From positions 11,421,477 through 11,485,476 of the forward strand of contig CM082593.2 of NCBI GenBank assembly GCA_040954595.2: DNA of 64,000 nucleotides, in the 5' to 3' direction. Position 1 is the stretch's first letter. Every line of letters starts with the position of its first letter. The notes beneath the pieces are model-generated. The model did not search any database and was not told the origin of the DNA. It saw nothing but the letters and a program-made list of their open reading frames with translations. Positions 32,101 to 41,778 of the stretch are shown here, one piece after another. The stretch comes from Balanoglossus misakiensis (lineage: Eukaryota; Animalia; Hemichordata). Position numbers and translations under genes: made by a program.

Positions 32101-33513
32101 TTCATATAACTCTTTCATTTTCTGCGTCTTACTTTCTCGGATGTCATGATAATGCTGTCTACTTTTCAGCTTCTTCATCTCTCTATATTGAGTATTACTA
32201 TGATACAATTCAGATTCAGATATTGTCCTGCACCTCTTTGCAGTGGTCTCATTACATTCATATTTTTCTTTTCTGATTTTCTTTCGTAATCGTTCACTCA
32301 TTGCGGGTCTCTTACCTCTTCCTTTTGTAACACTTTTAGTTTCATCACTTAAGTGGAAATTTCCTTTCTTGTCCAATGGACTCTTTAGTGGAACACAACT
32401 GCCACTATCTGCCTCATTGTGGAATTCATTAGTCATACCTTCACTTGAGACAAGTTCAACACGTTCAATGTGTGTAGAGTCAGATGTTACCATCTCAGGT
32501 GTCTTTACACTCTTGACAATTTCAAAATGGTCTCTGTTGGCATGGTTCAGGTATATACCTACACCTTTATCAACATTACTTTTATTAATTGCATTACAAT
32601 AATGTCTCAGCCATGTTCCAGAACTATACACATAGATGTCAGTTTGTAAGAGATCGGCAGCAGCCAAGATCTCATTTTCGGAACCCCAGATTGTTAGACA
32701 ATTCATTCTAGACTTTGCAATATAATCAGCAACTGATGTATATCCTTGGTCTGGGTCCAGCCAACCAAAATATGCACTGTCATTTGCAATCATGTGATTT
32801 ACAATGGCCTTTCGCATTACAGCATGGTTACGTTCACTGCCACTTATGGCATACGACAAAGCTCTAAACAAACAATTACCATCACCGACAATAGATTTGA
32901 TATTGCATGGTTCACCAATTTCAACACTATGAATTTCATCGAGCATTTCAACTTTATTTCCATATTTAATGTGAAGCTTACAGCATAACTCTTGGCATAT
33001 GGTGGTGGTTACAGGAGAGAACAAAAATTCATTCGCAGTAACATTATGAAGAATACATTCATTGTCATTTCTCTTGTGTGCAATATCAACTGCTTTCTCA
33101 ATCTGTAAATTGCCATTAACATAAGTGACAATGTCACCATTTGCAGGTACCCTAGATTCATTGGTTCCCCGAAGGGAAGTTTCAAAGTTTTGACCCTTCG
33201 AACACCGAAGGTTTGAACCCCGAAGGGAAGTTTCACAGTTTTGATCCTTCGAACACCGAAGGCTGGCACCCCGAAGGGTATTGTCGCTGAGATTATAGAG
33301 GGCAGCATCCTCTTTGATTACGTCGCTGTTTTTTGAGAGGGCAGCATCCTCTGTCATATCGAAGCTGTTTTTTGAGAGGGCAGCATCCTCTGTCATATCG
33401 AAGCTGTTTTTTGAGAGGGCAGCATCCTCTGTCATATCGAAGCTGTTTTTTGAGAGGGCAGCATCCTCTTTCATCTGACTCCTCTTCTTCCTCCAGTTCC
33501 TAGAGCGTGGCAT
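26122..33513 (-). CDS. Helentron transposase: OTU-like protease, repeats, Zn finger, HUH Rep, PIF1 helicase, AP-like endonuclease (2463 aa)
   Basis: GDGNCLFRALS..DHF (OTU); CSVC..CFTC; VEFQQRGSPHTH and YIVSYISK (HUH/Y2); GGAGTGKS, DEISMV, GDFYQLPPV, QFPLKLAWACTVHKVQG, YVALSR (PIF1); HNVEGL, LTETWL, YRP, GDFN, IDHVY (EEP). Confidence 0.96.
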   Translation of the reverse strand: MPRSRNWRKKRSQMKEDAALSKNSFDMTEDAALSKNSFDMTEDAALSKNSFDMTEDAALSKNSDVIKEDAALYNLSDNTLRGASLRCSKDQNCETSLRGSNLRCSKGQNFETSLRGTNESRVPANGDIVTYVNGNLQIEKAVDIAHKRNDNECILHNVTANEFLFSPVTTTICQELCCKLHIKYGNKVEMLDEIHSVEIGEPCNIKSIVGDGNCLFRALSYAISGSERNHAVMRKAIVNHMIANDSAYFGWLDPDQGYTSVADYIAKSRMNCLTIWGSENEILAAADLLQTDIYVYSSGTWLRHYCNAINKSNVDKGVGIYLNHANRDHFEIVKSVKTPEMVTSDSTHIERVELVSSEGMTNEFHNEADSGSCVPLKSPLDKKGNFHLSDETKSVTKGRGKRPAMSERLRKKIRKEKYECNETTAKRCRTISESELYHSNTQYREMKKLKSRQHYHDIRESKTQKMKELYEQNADYREAKKTQIRVKYEQNPDFQDAKKAHARVTYQDNPDFREAKKAHVRVNYQENPDFREAKKAHVRVNYQENPDFREAKKARVRLNYEENPTVREAKKARIRVNYEQNPDFREAQKARIRVNYEQNPDFREAQKARVRVKYEQNPDFREAHKAQMSKQLSQKYDQDVNFRESKKTQSIQRYENNPHYKDNVLKRSRCQMIQNDIDKQNVQHVIANFRNTASEGPNCVCSVCHRRLFRKQVIVCNKDKYYSNRITSDIAVKCISEEYVHKCAPTCMADCPLKNNAASKLWICFTCHRKLLRGEMPVQAVANNLHVTTVPPELKCLNSLEQHLIALNIPFMKMLALPKGGQNGVHGPVVCVPSDIKKATNILPRNEFDDQMIRVKLKRKLSYKGYYEYQFVNKRHIQNALEYLQTNNQYYSDITFNMNWKNTLEKTEEVISDAESESEKCNTKSNDVNNEKTKGIVSDTESNDVSSDTEDNNVSNKDTNGILMDTCLQPIDIGQDILDYHFEDISCVAPAEGNKPVCLLMEKLNEAKCFPVLFPTGSPTFHDDREVRITIGRYLQGRVMNASNRFSKSTDYIFYAQYLSEINQVVSNVSIALRKGTANACGKKVTSDVLSDSESLKQILKSDEGYKFLKPIRGTPPYWQATQKDLFAMIRQLGIPTWFCSFSAADLRWKEVIETILRGEGDVRNAEDLEWSEKCAILRRNPVTAARMFDHRFHCFLREVIMSPANPIGNIKDYFYRVEFQQRGSPHTHCLFWVENAPKVDRDTDEDVVDFVDRYVTCQMPSVEEDEELQEIVNKVQKHSSRHSKSCKKKGTRCRFNFPRPPSKKTFICRPDIDIEMTGEGEKSNLDDDNATLEEKCQSDTTQLIENVMSQMAARNILEKVWTCLHDKEKQIDSVDALFNEVSISQEMFEKAHAILARKTSVVLKREPNDVWVNQYNSNLLRCWDANMDIQFVVDAYACVVYIVSYISKAEREMGLLLENAQREANKEGNVDAKSALKQLGSVYLHNREVSAQEAVYRLCGLKLKQSSRKVQFIPTGETPIKMSLPLSVIRSKMTGDDLNEDDIWYNSIVDRYKNRPNDDEFDDMCLATFCSEYRIVSKSEVTNTTTEKRANPIVKLENGAGYMQKRSRTDPAVIRYARFSVTKFPEKYYRTMLELFLPHWVDSQLKPNGFETYENFYSAGAVKCGSASIQTVKVIVDANKAMFEKEADAVDLAEELLEGSGPLEDAWAQICPESEIDRLECIDERQQLPDDDVNEEDIPDLVHKPKGDCHIEISTSEVRRADVQAMCRSLNRKQAEVFYNVRQWCLDKSNGKNPEPLYLFVSGGAGTGKSHLIKTIYHEAKRILSRVMANPDEKSIQVTASTGVAAFNVGGETLHHAFSIAVDSKLPYEPLREEKLNTLRSKLGNLQILIIDEISMVDRKLFHYVHGRLRQIKQTPSGSPFGNVCVIAVGDFYQLPPVKASPLCVENDAINMWNNFKIVELTEIMRQKDCAFAEALNRVRIHKKGHTLSANDLEMFNNRVTGEASEAIHIFATNAEVNNCNITMLHSLCSDPVCIEAQDFSKNTKTGKLQRKEGHHAKVYRTTLPKTLTLAKGARVQLTQNIDVSDGLVNGVFGSVCHIDVKPNESFPTAVYVVFDNVKVGQGLRNKNRVNISDLPENTTRIEPQEMSVASNGGIRRQFPLKLAWACTVHKVQGLTVEKAVVSLKKMFAPGQAYVALSRVTSLDGLIIDEFKTSSIYCNEKVQAALEMMPKFVDGCFEQLQPNYRCSFILHNVEGLLNHMEDIRSGKEYLESDFICLTETWLTENQTKCDVIVNGFEFSHKPRSKSYNNFDMNTSQLQLQHHGGVGLYVKGSQSVEILDLPVSNLEYLTFYVKDINTVVAVIYRPSSYKAVAFRKNLLLLVKEMSKYSGATVIMGDFNENILTSSSLVKLMEDHGFKQHVSKPTTEAGTLIDHVYVKGAGKVEVDIVPKYFSFHEAISIKIY
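31640..32110 (-). repeat. Coding 54-bp minisatellite (18-aa YEQNPDFREAKKARVRVN, ~9 copies)
   Basis: CTTCCCGAAAATCAGG at 31701 and 31755; GCCTCCCG at 31862 and 31916. Confidence 0.92.
33296..33472 (-). repeat. Coding 39-bp minisatellite (13-aa EDAALSKNSFDMT, ~4.5 copies)
   Basis: GAGAGGGCAGCATCCTCTGTCATATCGAAGCTGTTTTTT repeated. Confidence 0.92.
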
Positions 33514-34771
33514 CTGAAATCAATAAATACATAACTGTTAACATTTTAATGTCCGGGACTATTGTACAGACCAGAATGCCAGAATAAAATGTGGTGATAG
33601 CTTCACTGTAGAGGTATAGGCCTATGGGTAGGTCAAGGTCACGGATAAACCTGTTGACATGGTCCACAACCTTGAAATTTGGCATGTGGGATCCTGACCA
33701 TATACCGGTACATGTAGTGTACAAGGACTGTCAAGAGATTTTTTATTCCACATTTTAATATAAATAAGGTCCATATGAAAATTCCAATCAAAGCTGACAA
33801 TTACAGTGAGTAATTAAAAATTCAAGAGTGTTATGCATGAAATTACATAGGCCCACATAATTGTGCCAAGTTTGAGATTCATAGATTCAGCCGATCACAC
33901 TTTCTTCTCATTTACCTTTTTGAAATATTTGTTTGCAATCTGGGTAAGACAAGTAGACATTTCTGTAGAAACTATTCCAACATCTGTTGACTTCATGCAC
34001 ATACAATAAAGTCAAAGTAGTAAGACAGCATGTGCCATTCTCAAACAAAACTATAGACATTTTTTTCACACAGGACGTGATTAAAGAAATTTAGCTCAGC
34101 AAAAATTTCCCACTCAAATTATGGCATTTGTTGTATTTACACATAGTGACTGTACATTTCAAGGCAATTGGACACTTGGATACTAAGAGGGTTTAATTAT
34201 ATACCCAAATTTCACAATTTCCAAAAACTATACTAAGGCCAAACATGCATATAAAATTTAAACACATTTGCACTAGTTATTTAACAGAACACTTGTGTTG
34301 ACACATGACAGACAACCTATGAACAATTGTCTTATCTGATAAGCTCTGTGTCAGAGCAGAGTTATGACAAGTAACCTGCAATGAATCACATGCAGAACTG
34401 TACTGCAGTGCATTATGCTGAAGGTCTCTTCACATGGCAGACACACTTACCTTGGGATATCTTTGGTTATACAAAACTGCAAGAAAGCAAATAATATAAA
34501 TTATCATTACTGGTTATAGGTGTACATGTTTGCCACTGAATCCAACAGAATACATGCATATTATTTCTGCATAAAATCCAGTTCATCTATTTCCATCAGG
34601 CATTTCCTCTTTATCTTCACTAAACATAACAGACTACAGTATATGCGCCAATACAATCAAAGCAAACACATACAACCACATACAAAAAGATAAAAGACAG
34701 TGCCAGATATAACATCATAAAGGAGTCATTGAAATTACCACCCTTATAACATGAGAATCTTTACAGTATAA

Positions 34772-35309
34772 GAGACCGTTCAGTTTTTACGGCCGGGGGG
34801 GGGGGGCAAGTTTGTGTCATCGATTTTCAAAATCAGGCCGACCCCCCCTTCACCAAGGACCAAAAAATGATGACCCCCACTTTGACAGACCCAAAAATAT
34901 GATGACCCCCCCCCATGCCGAAAACATGAACCTATGTACACTGTATGCAATAAATGGAATGAGGCTCCTCTCGCCTCAATTAGACATTAAATTAAATGAA
35001 CAAACTAAAATGACAATCCAATACAATAGTTGGTAGAATTGGTAAAAAAAGAAAAGTGGCGGGGGTGTCCCCCTCCCACATAAGAAAATTTGGTAAAATA
35101 CAGTGCTCAAAGTTGCATTTTAATGAACTCAAAAGCAAATTAACTTAATGTTAGGGAGGACAAATTTTAATTTTGCCACTCCACTCAAAAGAAGCATCGG
35201 GGTAGGGTGGGAAGAAGTCTGCCCTGTACACTAGACAAACCAGCGACTTAAGTCACCCCCCTGGATTTTGATCCACCCCCCCCCCCGGCCGTAAAAACTG
35301 AACGGTCCC
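34772..35309. mobile_element. MITE with ~30-bp TIRs and TAA TSD (PIF/Harbinger-like)
   Basis: TAA|GAGACCGTTCAGTTTTTACGGCCGGGGGG ... CCCCCCGGCCGTAAAAACTGAACGGTCCC|TAA. Confidence 0.85.
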
Positions 35310-36188
35310 TAAGTGATCCCATTCCCCATCGTCACACTTTACATTCAAACACCTTTACAAAGACTGAATACTGCATATCAAAATACATGTAAGTACATTG
35401 TTTTCTGCATACACAATAGAACCATGCATAGTGACACAAAAATCATTCAATGTACATATACAACACAGCCAATCCAGAACGGCTGACAGTGCACACCCAG
35501 ACATAAACAAAGGGTACATGTAGTACTAATACCTGGCCACACACACCCACTTTGATAAACTTGCACACAGACAGGAGTTCCAGACATACATGAATCAACA
35601 AAGACATGCAGACAAAGATTCAGAAAAAGATGCAAACACATGATACATAGACATACCTACACACACGCATCCACACTCTGATGAACTAGCACACAGACGG
35701 ACAGGCATCAAAGAGGTGCAAAGGTCCAAACACACGCAATCACATGGTGCAATTATATACACTGTGCACAGGCTGTATATACCAACATTCACATATGTGC
35801 CAGACACTCAACTAAACTGGCACACGAACAGACATGAAACCAAGCAAAAATTAATCCTCACGTAACAGTTGCTTCTTTTGATATAGCAAAAATTTCATGT
35901 CATGCCAATGACCTGTTTTACAGTATGTCATGAACACTTCACCCTGGTGACTTTGTTGTGGTTCATTCTACTTGTGCAGCATTGTAGTCTAAATGCAACA
36001 TAAGAATACCCAGCAATACTATTTGCAATCTATGCATATACCTCTAATAGACTATAGAAATGAATTATTCAATTCACAGCTAAAACTACAATTCGTTGCT
36101 TCTTGAACATATTCCCAAGGTTTAATATAACTGCAATTTCTTCCTCAATGACACTAATATGAAATGTACAAAACTGAGAATGTGTTTA

Positions 36189-36283
36189 TTAGCTGCAATG
36201 ATTGTAGCGGGTGCTGCTAGGTTGACTGGTGTGTTCGCAGCATCAGTCAACCTAGCAGCACCCGCTACAATCATTGCAGCTAA
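36189..36283. repeat. Perfect 40-bp inverted repeat with 15-nt loop
   Basis: TTAGCTGCAATGATTGTAGCGGGTGCTGCTAGGTTGACTG (36189-36228) and its exact reverse complement (36244-36283). Confidence 0.93.
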
Positions 36284-38320
36284 GGATTTCCCTTCGATTA
36301 CATAGCGAACCATTTGCACAGATACTTACAGTTTTGCTGGGTTCTGTAATGTATTATTTCATCCAAAAAGCTGCACGTTTCAAGAAAGAACCAAAACAAA
36401 CTCACCTGCAGACCGCATGTGGTGGTCGCGATTCTATTTTTACCCTAAGTCCCTAACCCTACTTTTTAGGCAGCTGTGTCAGCGATCGAAAAGAATCGTC
36501 AATAATTTCACACAATCGAATTAAACTTCGATGATGGCCATCAAGTACTCATAACCCAACATCTTCCCGCACAGTGTCATATATCTTTCGTGCCTTGAAA
36601 CATCGGGATCGCTTATCTAAAACTAATTTTCGAAAGACGGGCTTTACAAAATAATACTCACCAGTAGTTCAGTATAGAGTGTGGCTGTAATTGGTATAGC
36701 GCCCCCAAACATTGGTATTCTGCCTTTCTTTTGTACGTCACTTCCGCCCAAGACGTTCAAATAAACGAGTTCGTTGTTACACTTGCGATGACTGTTATGT
36801 TTCAATCAACATATAATTAATTTCCCCATCGTTATCATTGCTCATTTATTATATTTTGGTGCAAACATCTAATGATAAGATCAACGTGAATGAAAATCTC
36901 TTCTCTCCATTCTTCCGTTGGTGGCGCTGAGCGGTATAGGAGCCTATATATACAGTGGGTGGGCAAATTGGCAGTTCATGGACTTTGCACTATGTATGTG
37001 GCACTGAAACTTATTTTGGATGAACCTGACCTTATTGAATTCCAATTATTATGATCATCCCTTATTTTATGATTAAGCTACCAAAAAGGTCTGCTTTTAT
37101 GATGTTCATTTCATTTATTTGAATCAGGTAAGGTTATAGAAAAATATACATGACACAGATACATGTATGCACCGTCCAAAAGGTTTTCAATACAGAAATG
37201 AGTTTAAAATATTTCTCCAGTGTATGCACTGTAGTGAATTTATATATGTACAGGCATAAACATTCAGCCTTCTGAAACAATTGTTATTGGGCACGGAAAT
37301 TGTTGTTAGTACCTGTAAAGATAGACCACAGCTGGAAGCAGTATAAATTTCTGCAAAATGACTGAAATAGTCTCGTATTCACCTGGGTAGAACAGTGAAC
37401 AACTATTCTTGAAAGAAAGTTGTCACAAATACATATTTAACGCATTTGTCACTTAATGTCATCATCATCAACAAAAGAGCTAATAATAAAAACACCAAAA
37501 TAGTTGTACGAGTGAACGAGCGAAAGTTCATACCACTAATGGATGTCAAGCATATTTAAACGTTTATGAACACATGCAGGCACAATTTAATTTGGTATTT
37601 GAATAGCCTGAATAGGTATAGAAGCAAACTTGGCACTCCAATTTTCACATTGTTTCAGCGCTTTTTTAATTATATGCACATGTCTAATATACTACACCAA
37701 CAAATGCAGGTATATGTTTGATTATTGTGGACATGGGTACCAGAACAGATAAAGCCCTGGCAATTGGGGAATTTGAGCACATAATGGAGTCTTACACAAT
37801 ACCTCATTAATTATGCACATATTTCATTCCAAGCTAACCACAAGCTAGAGGTTGGGTTTTTGGTGGACATGGACCTGTACAGTGTCAAACTGTTTTCCCC
37901 AAATTTGGGGTGACCTCAGGTGACCTTTGACCTACTTTCCCCATATCTTGGCATCCACAGCAGATACAGCCTTGGCATTTGCTGGTTACCATGGGAACCG
38001 CTTGTGCCCCGCCAACGCTGCTTGCAGCTTTAATTGTTCTTTAGAACGTGCTGAACAAGAAAAAAGATGTTAACATTGAATATTTTGGGTTGCACTACCC
38101 CTCCGGGGTGGTTTTTGAATGGTATGTGCCGCGAAAAATGGGTTGGGGTAGGGGGTACTATATTCTCTCCTAAAAAAATAAAACTACCATGAAATTACAT
38201 AAACCTCATATTTTTTAGAAAGCTTAGATACTGGTCTTTACGGGAAGCACAAACTTTATTAAACAATATTTATGAATATTTAATTAGATTATTTTTAAAT
38301 TAATTTTTTCGGCAATTTTG

Positions 38321-40965
38321 CACCAATAAAACCATCGGTTAGCTGTGCCTGAGTGTTGGCTCCACAATAACTGAGGACGAAGACATCCTTCGTGAACAAT
38401 CTAAGTTTTACCGGAATCTATATGCGGCTACCAAAAACGTTGCTTGCAATATTGATCAGTTAGATAATTTTATGCAGCATGGAAATACTTTGCCTACTTT
38501 TAGTACTGAGGAACGGGATTCTTTGGAAGGGGCCCTGTCTAAGCATGAATGTGGAGTAGTGTTGAAGTCAATAGCAAATAATAAGTCACCAGGAACAGAC
38601 GGTTTTTCTGCCGAAATTTTTTTGGCCCGACATTGGTGTTTATATAGCCCGTGCAATTAATTCCGCCTACTCCTCAGGCGAAATGTCTATTTCTCAAAAG
38701 CGGGGAATTGTTACTTGTATCCCGAAACCCAACAAGAATAGATTTCACATGAAAAATTGGCGCCGTATTACATTGCTAAACACGGATGATAAGATTGCAT
38801 CTGGTGTTATAGCAAACCGTATGAAACGGTTCTTGCCAAAAATTATTCACCCTGACTAGAAAGTTTTTTTGAGGAAAGGAAGGTATATTGGTGAAAATAC
38901 ACGTTTGATTGATGATGTATTGTTAACTTCAAAGATAGACAAGGTTTTCTTGTACTTCTAGACTTTGAAATGGCGTTTGACACGCTTTCTTGGGAATTTA
39001 TCGATAAAGCATTGAGAAAGTTTAATTTTTATCCCTCTTTCAGAAAATGGGTCAAAGTGTTTTATAAAAACACCACTAGTTATAGTGTTATAAATAACGG
39101 AAACTTTCCTGATTTTTCCCCTCGAGAGAGGTGTTAGACAAGGTGATCCTCTATCACCGTACCTGTTTATCACCTGTGTTGAAAAACTTGCGCATGAAAT
39201 CAGAGCCCATAGTAATATAGAAGGAATTACACTTAGAGATAAAAAAAAATTACTGGGGCAATACGCAGATGATATTTTTGTATATTTAGATGGTTCTGAA
39301 AGTTCTCTGACAAATCTGTTTGCTACCTTGGGTTTCTTTACTTTTCTGTCGGGTTTGCGAATTAACTACCAAAAAACTAAATTGGTTTGGTTTGGCGCTA
39401 AATGCCATTCACATGATATTTTGTTGCCAAACAAGAACTTATTATGGGTTGATGAACCGTTAACAGTTCTTGGTATTAACCTGAACGTTGATCTTGTTGG
39501 GCTCGATATGTTAAATTTTACACCAAAAGTAAGGGAAGTGTCCACACTGCTTACTAAGTGGTCATGGCGACCTGTGACCTTATTTGGCAAGATTACAATA
39601 GCTAAAACACTTGCTTTGTCAAAGTTTATTCATATTTTCTCATCCTTACCTCCCATGTCAGATAATCAAATATGTACACTTATTAGAGTTTTATCGGAAT
39701 TCAAAACCCGATAAAGTCAATAGATTAAGATTATGTTGTAATTGTGATGAGTGGGGTTTGCGAATGACCCATCTTCCCTCATTCGTTCAAGCAGTGCATG
39801 CTTCGTGGATTAACAGATTAATGTCCAATCAATATTCTCAGTGGATAGAAATGTTTAAACTGTGGGTATATCCCCTGCTATCTTACCCACTTCACCCCCG
39901 CTCAGGTCGTGGAGTTTGCCAGAAACAGATTTTCACGTCATAGCTTCTGGTACTCAGTACTACTATGTTGGTCAACCCCCCCCCCCCGACCCTATTAATA
40001 ACATAAAAAAGTGTATATGGTTCAACCAGAGCTGAAAGTTAACAACGCTACCATATTTTATAAAAACTGGTATGATAATGTTGTAATGTATATTTCGGAT
40101 TTATTAGATTTTTCCGGTTCCATTTTATCTTTCCAAGATTTTAGTAACAGACATAATTTTTCACCAAACTTCATATGGGTTTAATCAACGCTATTCCAAG
40201 ATCACGGTTCAGAAAGATTCAGCAACAAGGCTCTGTAAATAATGACCACCCAAACATGTTTTACACAAATAGATCCTGAAAAAACCTACTCTATTTTACT
40301 TATAATAAGTTATTTTTGAAGAATAATCTTAAACCGATGAGATGTACGCAAAAATGGAAAGACCTCTTCGGGAATTTTGATTCGCAATTACACTATGCTT
40401 TACCATTTATTGTAACAAAGGATTCTACTTTGCGTAATTTTCAATTCAGAACTGCTAGTAGAATCTGTACTACAAATACATTTTTAAAGATAAGGGGGAA
40501 AATGCGATTCTGTGAAATGCACCTTCTGTGAAAATTATGAGGAAATCCTTATACATTTATTTTTCGAATGCGACTGTATTTTGTCTTTTTGGAAGGATGT
40601 AGAGTTGCAATTACAGACAAAGTGTAATATTGCCATTGAGCTGTCCCCTTTTGATGTTTTGGTGGGTATAAAATAGAATTTTCAAAGTAACCACACAAAC
40701 GGTGAGTGGTTAGCCCTGAATTACTTTATATTACTTTCAAAGAATGTTATCTTTAAATATAAATTTAAGCCAGTATTGCCAAACCTTCGCACATTTTTAT
40801 CTTACCTCAATAATATACAAAAAATTGATACTTACCAAGCAAAGGCGATGGAGAATCACACACACTACAGGTACTGGAATATTTTCAAAAACTTCTGTAC
40901 TTGAACATTTTGTTTTCTTTTGAGATGTAGAGATGTTTTGTCTAGTTTATGACAATAAAAATAAT
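38321..40965 (+). pseudogene. Decayed, 5'-truncated L1/Tx1-clade LINE ORF2
   Basis: ITEDEDILREQSKFYRNLY, KSPGTDGF, KNWRRITLLNTD, GRYIGENTRLI, LDFEMAFD, GVRQGDPLSPYLF, QYADD, LRNFQFR, CTFCENYEEILIHLFFEC; many stops and frameshifts; ends near AATAAAAATAATAAT. Confidence 0.9.
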
Positions 40966-41690
40966 AATCCAAACCTAAAAAGTTGTCAAAAATTTGCTTC
41001 ACAAAAAGAAAAATCACAATAGTTGCTTTGTCTTTGGGGTGAATATTTTCAAAATTGCCGAAGAAAATAATTTAAAAATCATATAATTAAATAATCAAAA
41101 ATTAATTTTACTCCCCGTAAAGAGCAGTGTCTAAGCTTTCTAAAAATATAAGGTTTATGTACTTTGAAGTTAACTTTATTGTTGTAGGAGAGGATATAGT
41201 ACCCCCTACCCCAAGACCATGCGTAATCCCATAGGATACATGCAATTCAAAGTTGTCTCTAAAGAAGTATTGTATTGTTATATAACTAATGTTAACATTT
41301 GTTTTCTTGTTTAATAAATAGAAGTCAATAATCCAAACCCCCAAAAGATGTCAAAAATTTGCTTCACAAAAAGAAAATCACAATTGTTGCGTTGTCTTTG
41401 GGGTGAATATTTTCAAAATTGCCGAAAAAATTAATTTAAAAATCATCTAATTAAATATTCATAAATATTGTTTAATAAAGTTTGTGCTTCCCGTAAAGAG
41501 CAGTATCTAAGCTTTCTAAAAATATAAGGTTTATGTAATTTCATGGTAGTTTTATTTTTTAGGAGAGAATATAGTACCCCCTACCCCAACCCATTTTTCG
41601 CCATTTTGAGCGGCACATACCATTCAAAAACCACCCCGGAGGGGTAGTGCAACCCAAAATATTCAATGTTAACATCTTTTTTTCTTGTTC
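40960..41690. repeat. Diverged ~365-bp tandem duplication in the right arm of the Academ-like element
   Basis: AATAATCCAAACC..GTCAAAAATTTGCTTCACAAAAAGAAAA at ~40963 and ~41328. Confidence 0.8.
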
Positions 41691-41778
41691 AGCACGTTCT
41701 AAAGAACAAAAAAATACCCAAGTGGTAGGTTTATGGGGGTGGGGGGGTGCTCGGTGGACCCCACCAGCCCACGGACTA

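Larger units (their letters stand above)
19372..38035 (-). mobile_element. Autonomous-type Helentron (endonuclease-encoding Helitron group 2), ~18.7 kb
   Basis: Terminal subTIR stem-loop AGGGGCACAAGC..GCTTGTGCCCCT; opposite end GCTTGTGCCCC plus hairpin GCTGCTTGCAGC; inserted in a T-run of the host TIR; encodes Rep-Helicase-endonuclease. Confidence 0.92.
19305..41778. mobile_element. Non-autonomous long-TIR DNA transposon, Academ-like, expanded by nested insertions
   Basis: Ends TAGTCCGTGGGCTG...CAGCCCACGGACTA; TCT duplication at 19302-19304 and 41779-41781; left arm 19305-19371 plus 38036-38320 is the inverse of ~41414-41778. Superfamily inferred only from TAG..CTA ends and the 3-bp TSD. Confidence 0.8.

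Noticed and set aside
26122-33513. Host PIF1 helicase gene
   Set aside because: Fusion to HUH Rep and endonuclease, intronless coding region and Helentron termini identify a transposase.
35440-35850. Cys/Val-rich minus-strand ORFs
   Set aside because: By-product of CA-rich low-complexity sequence.
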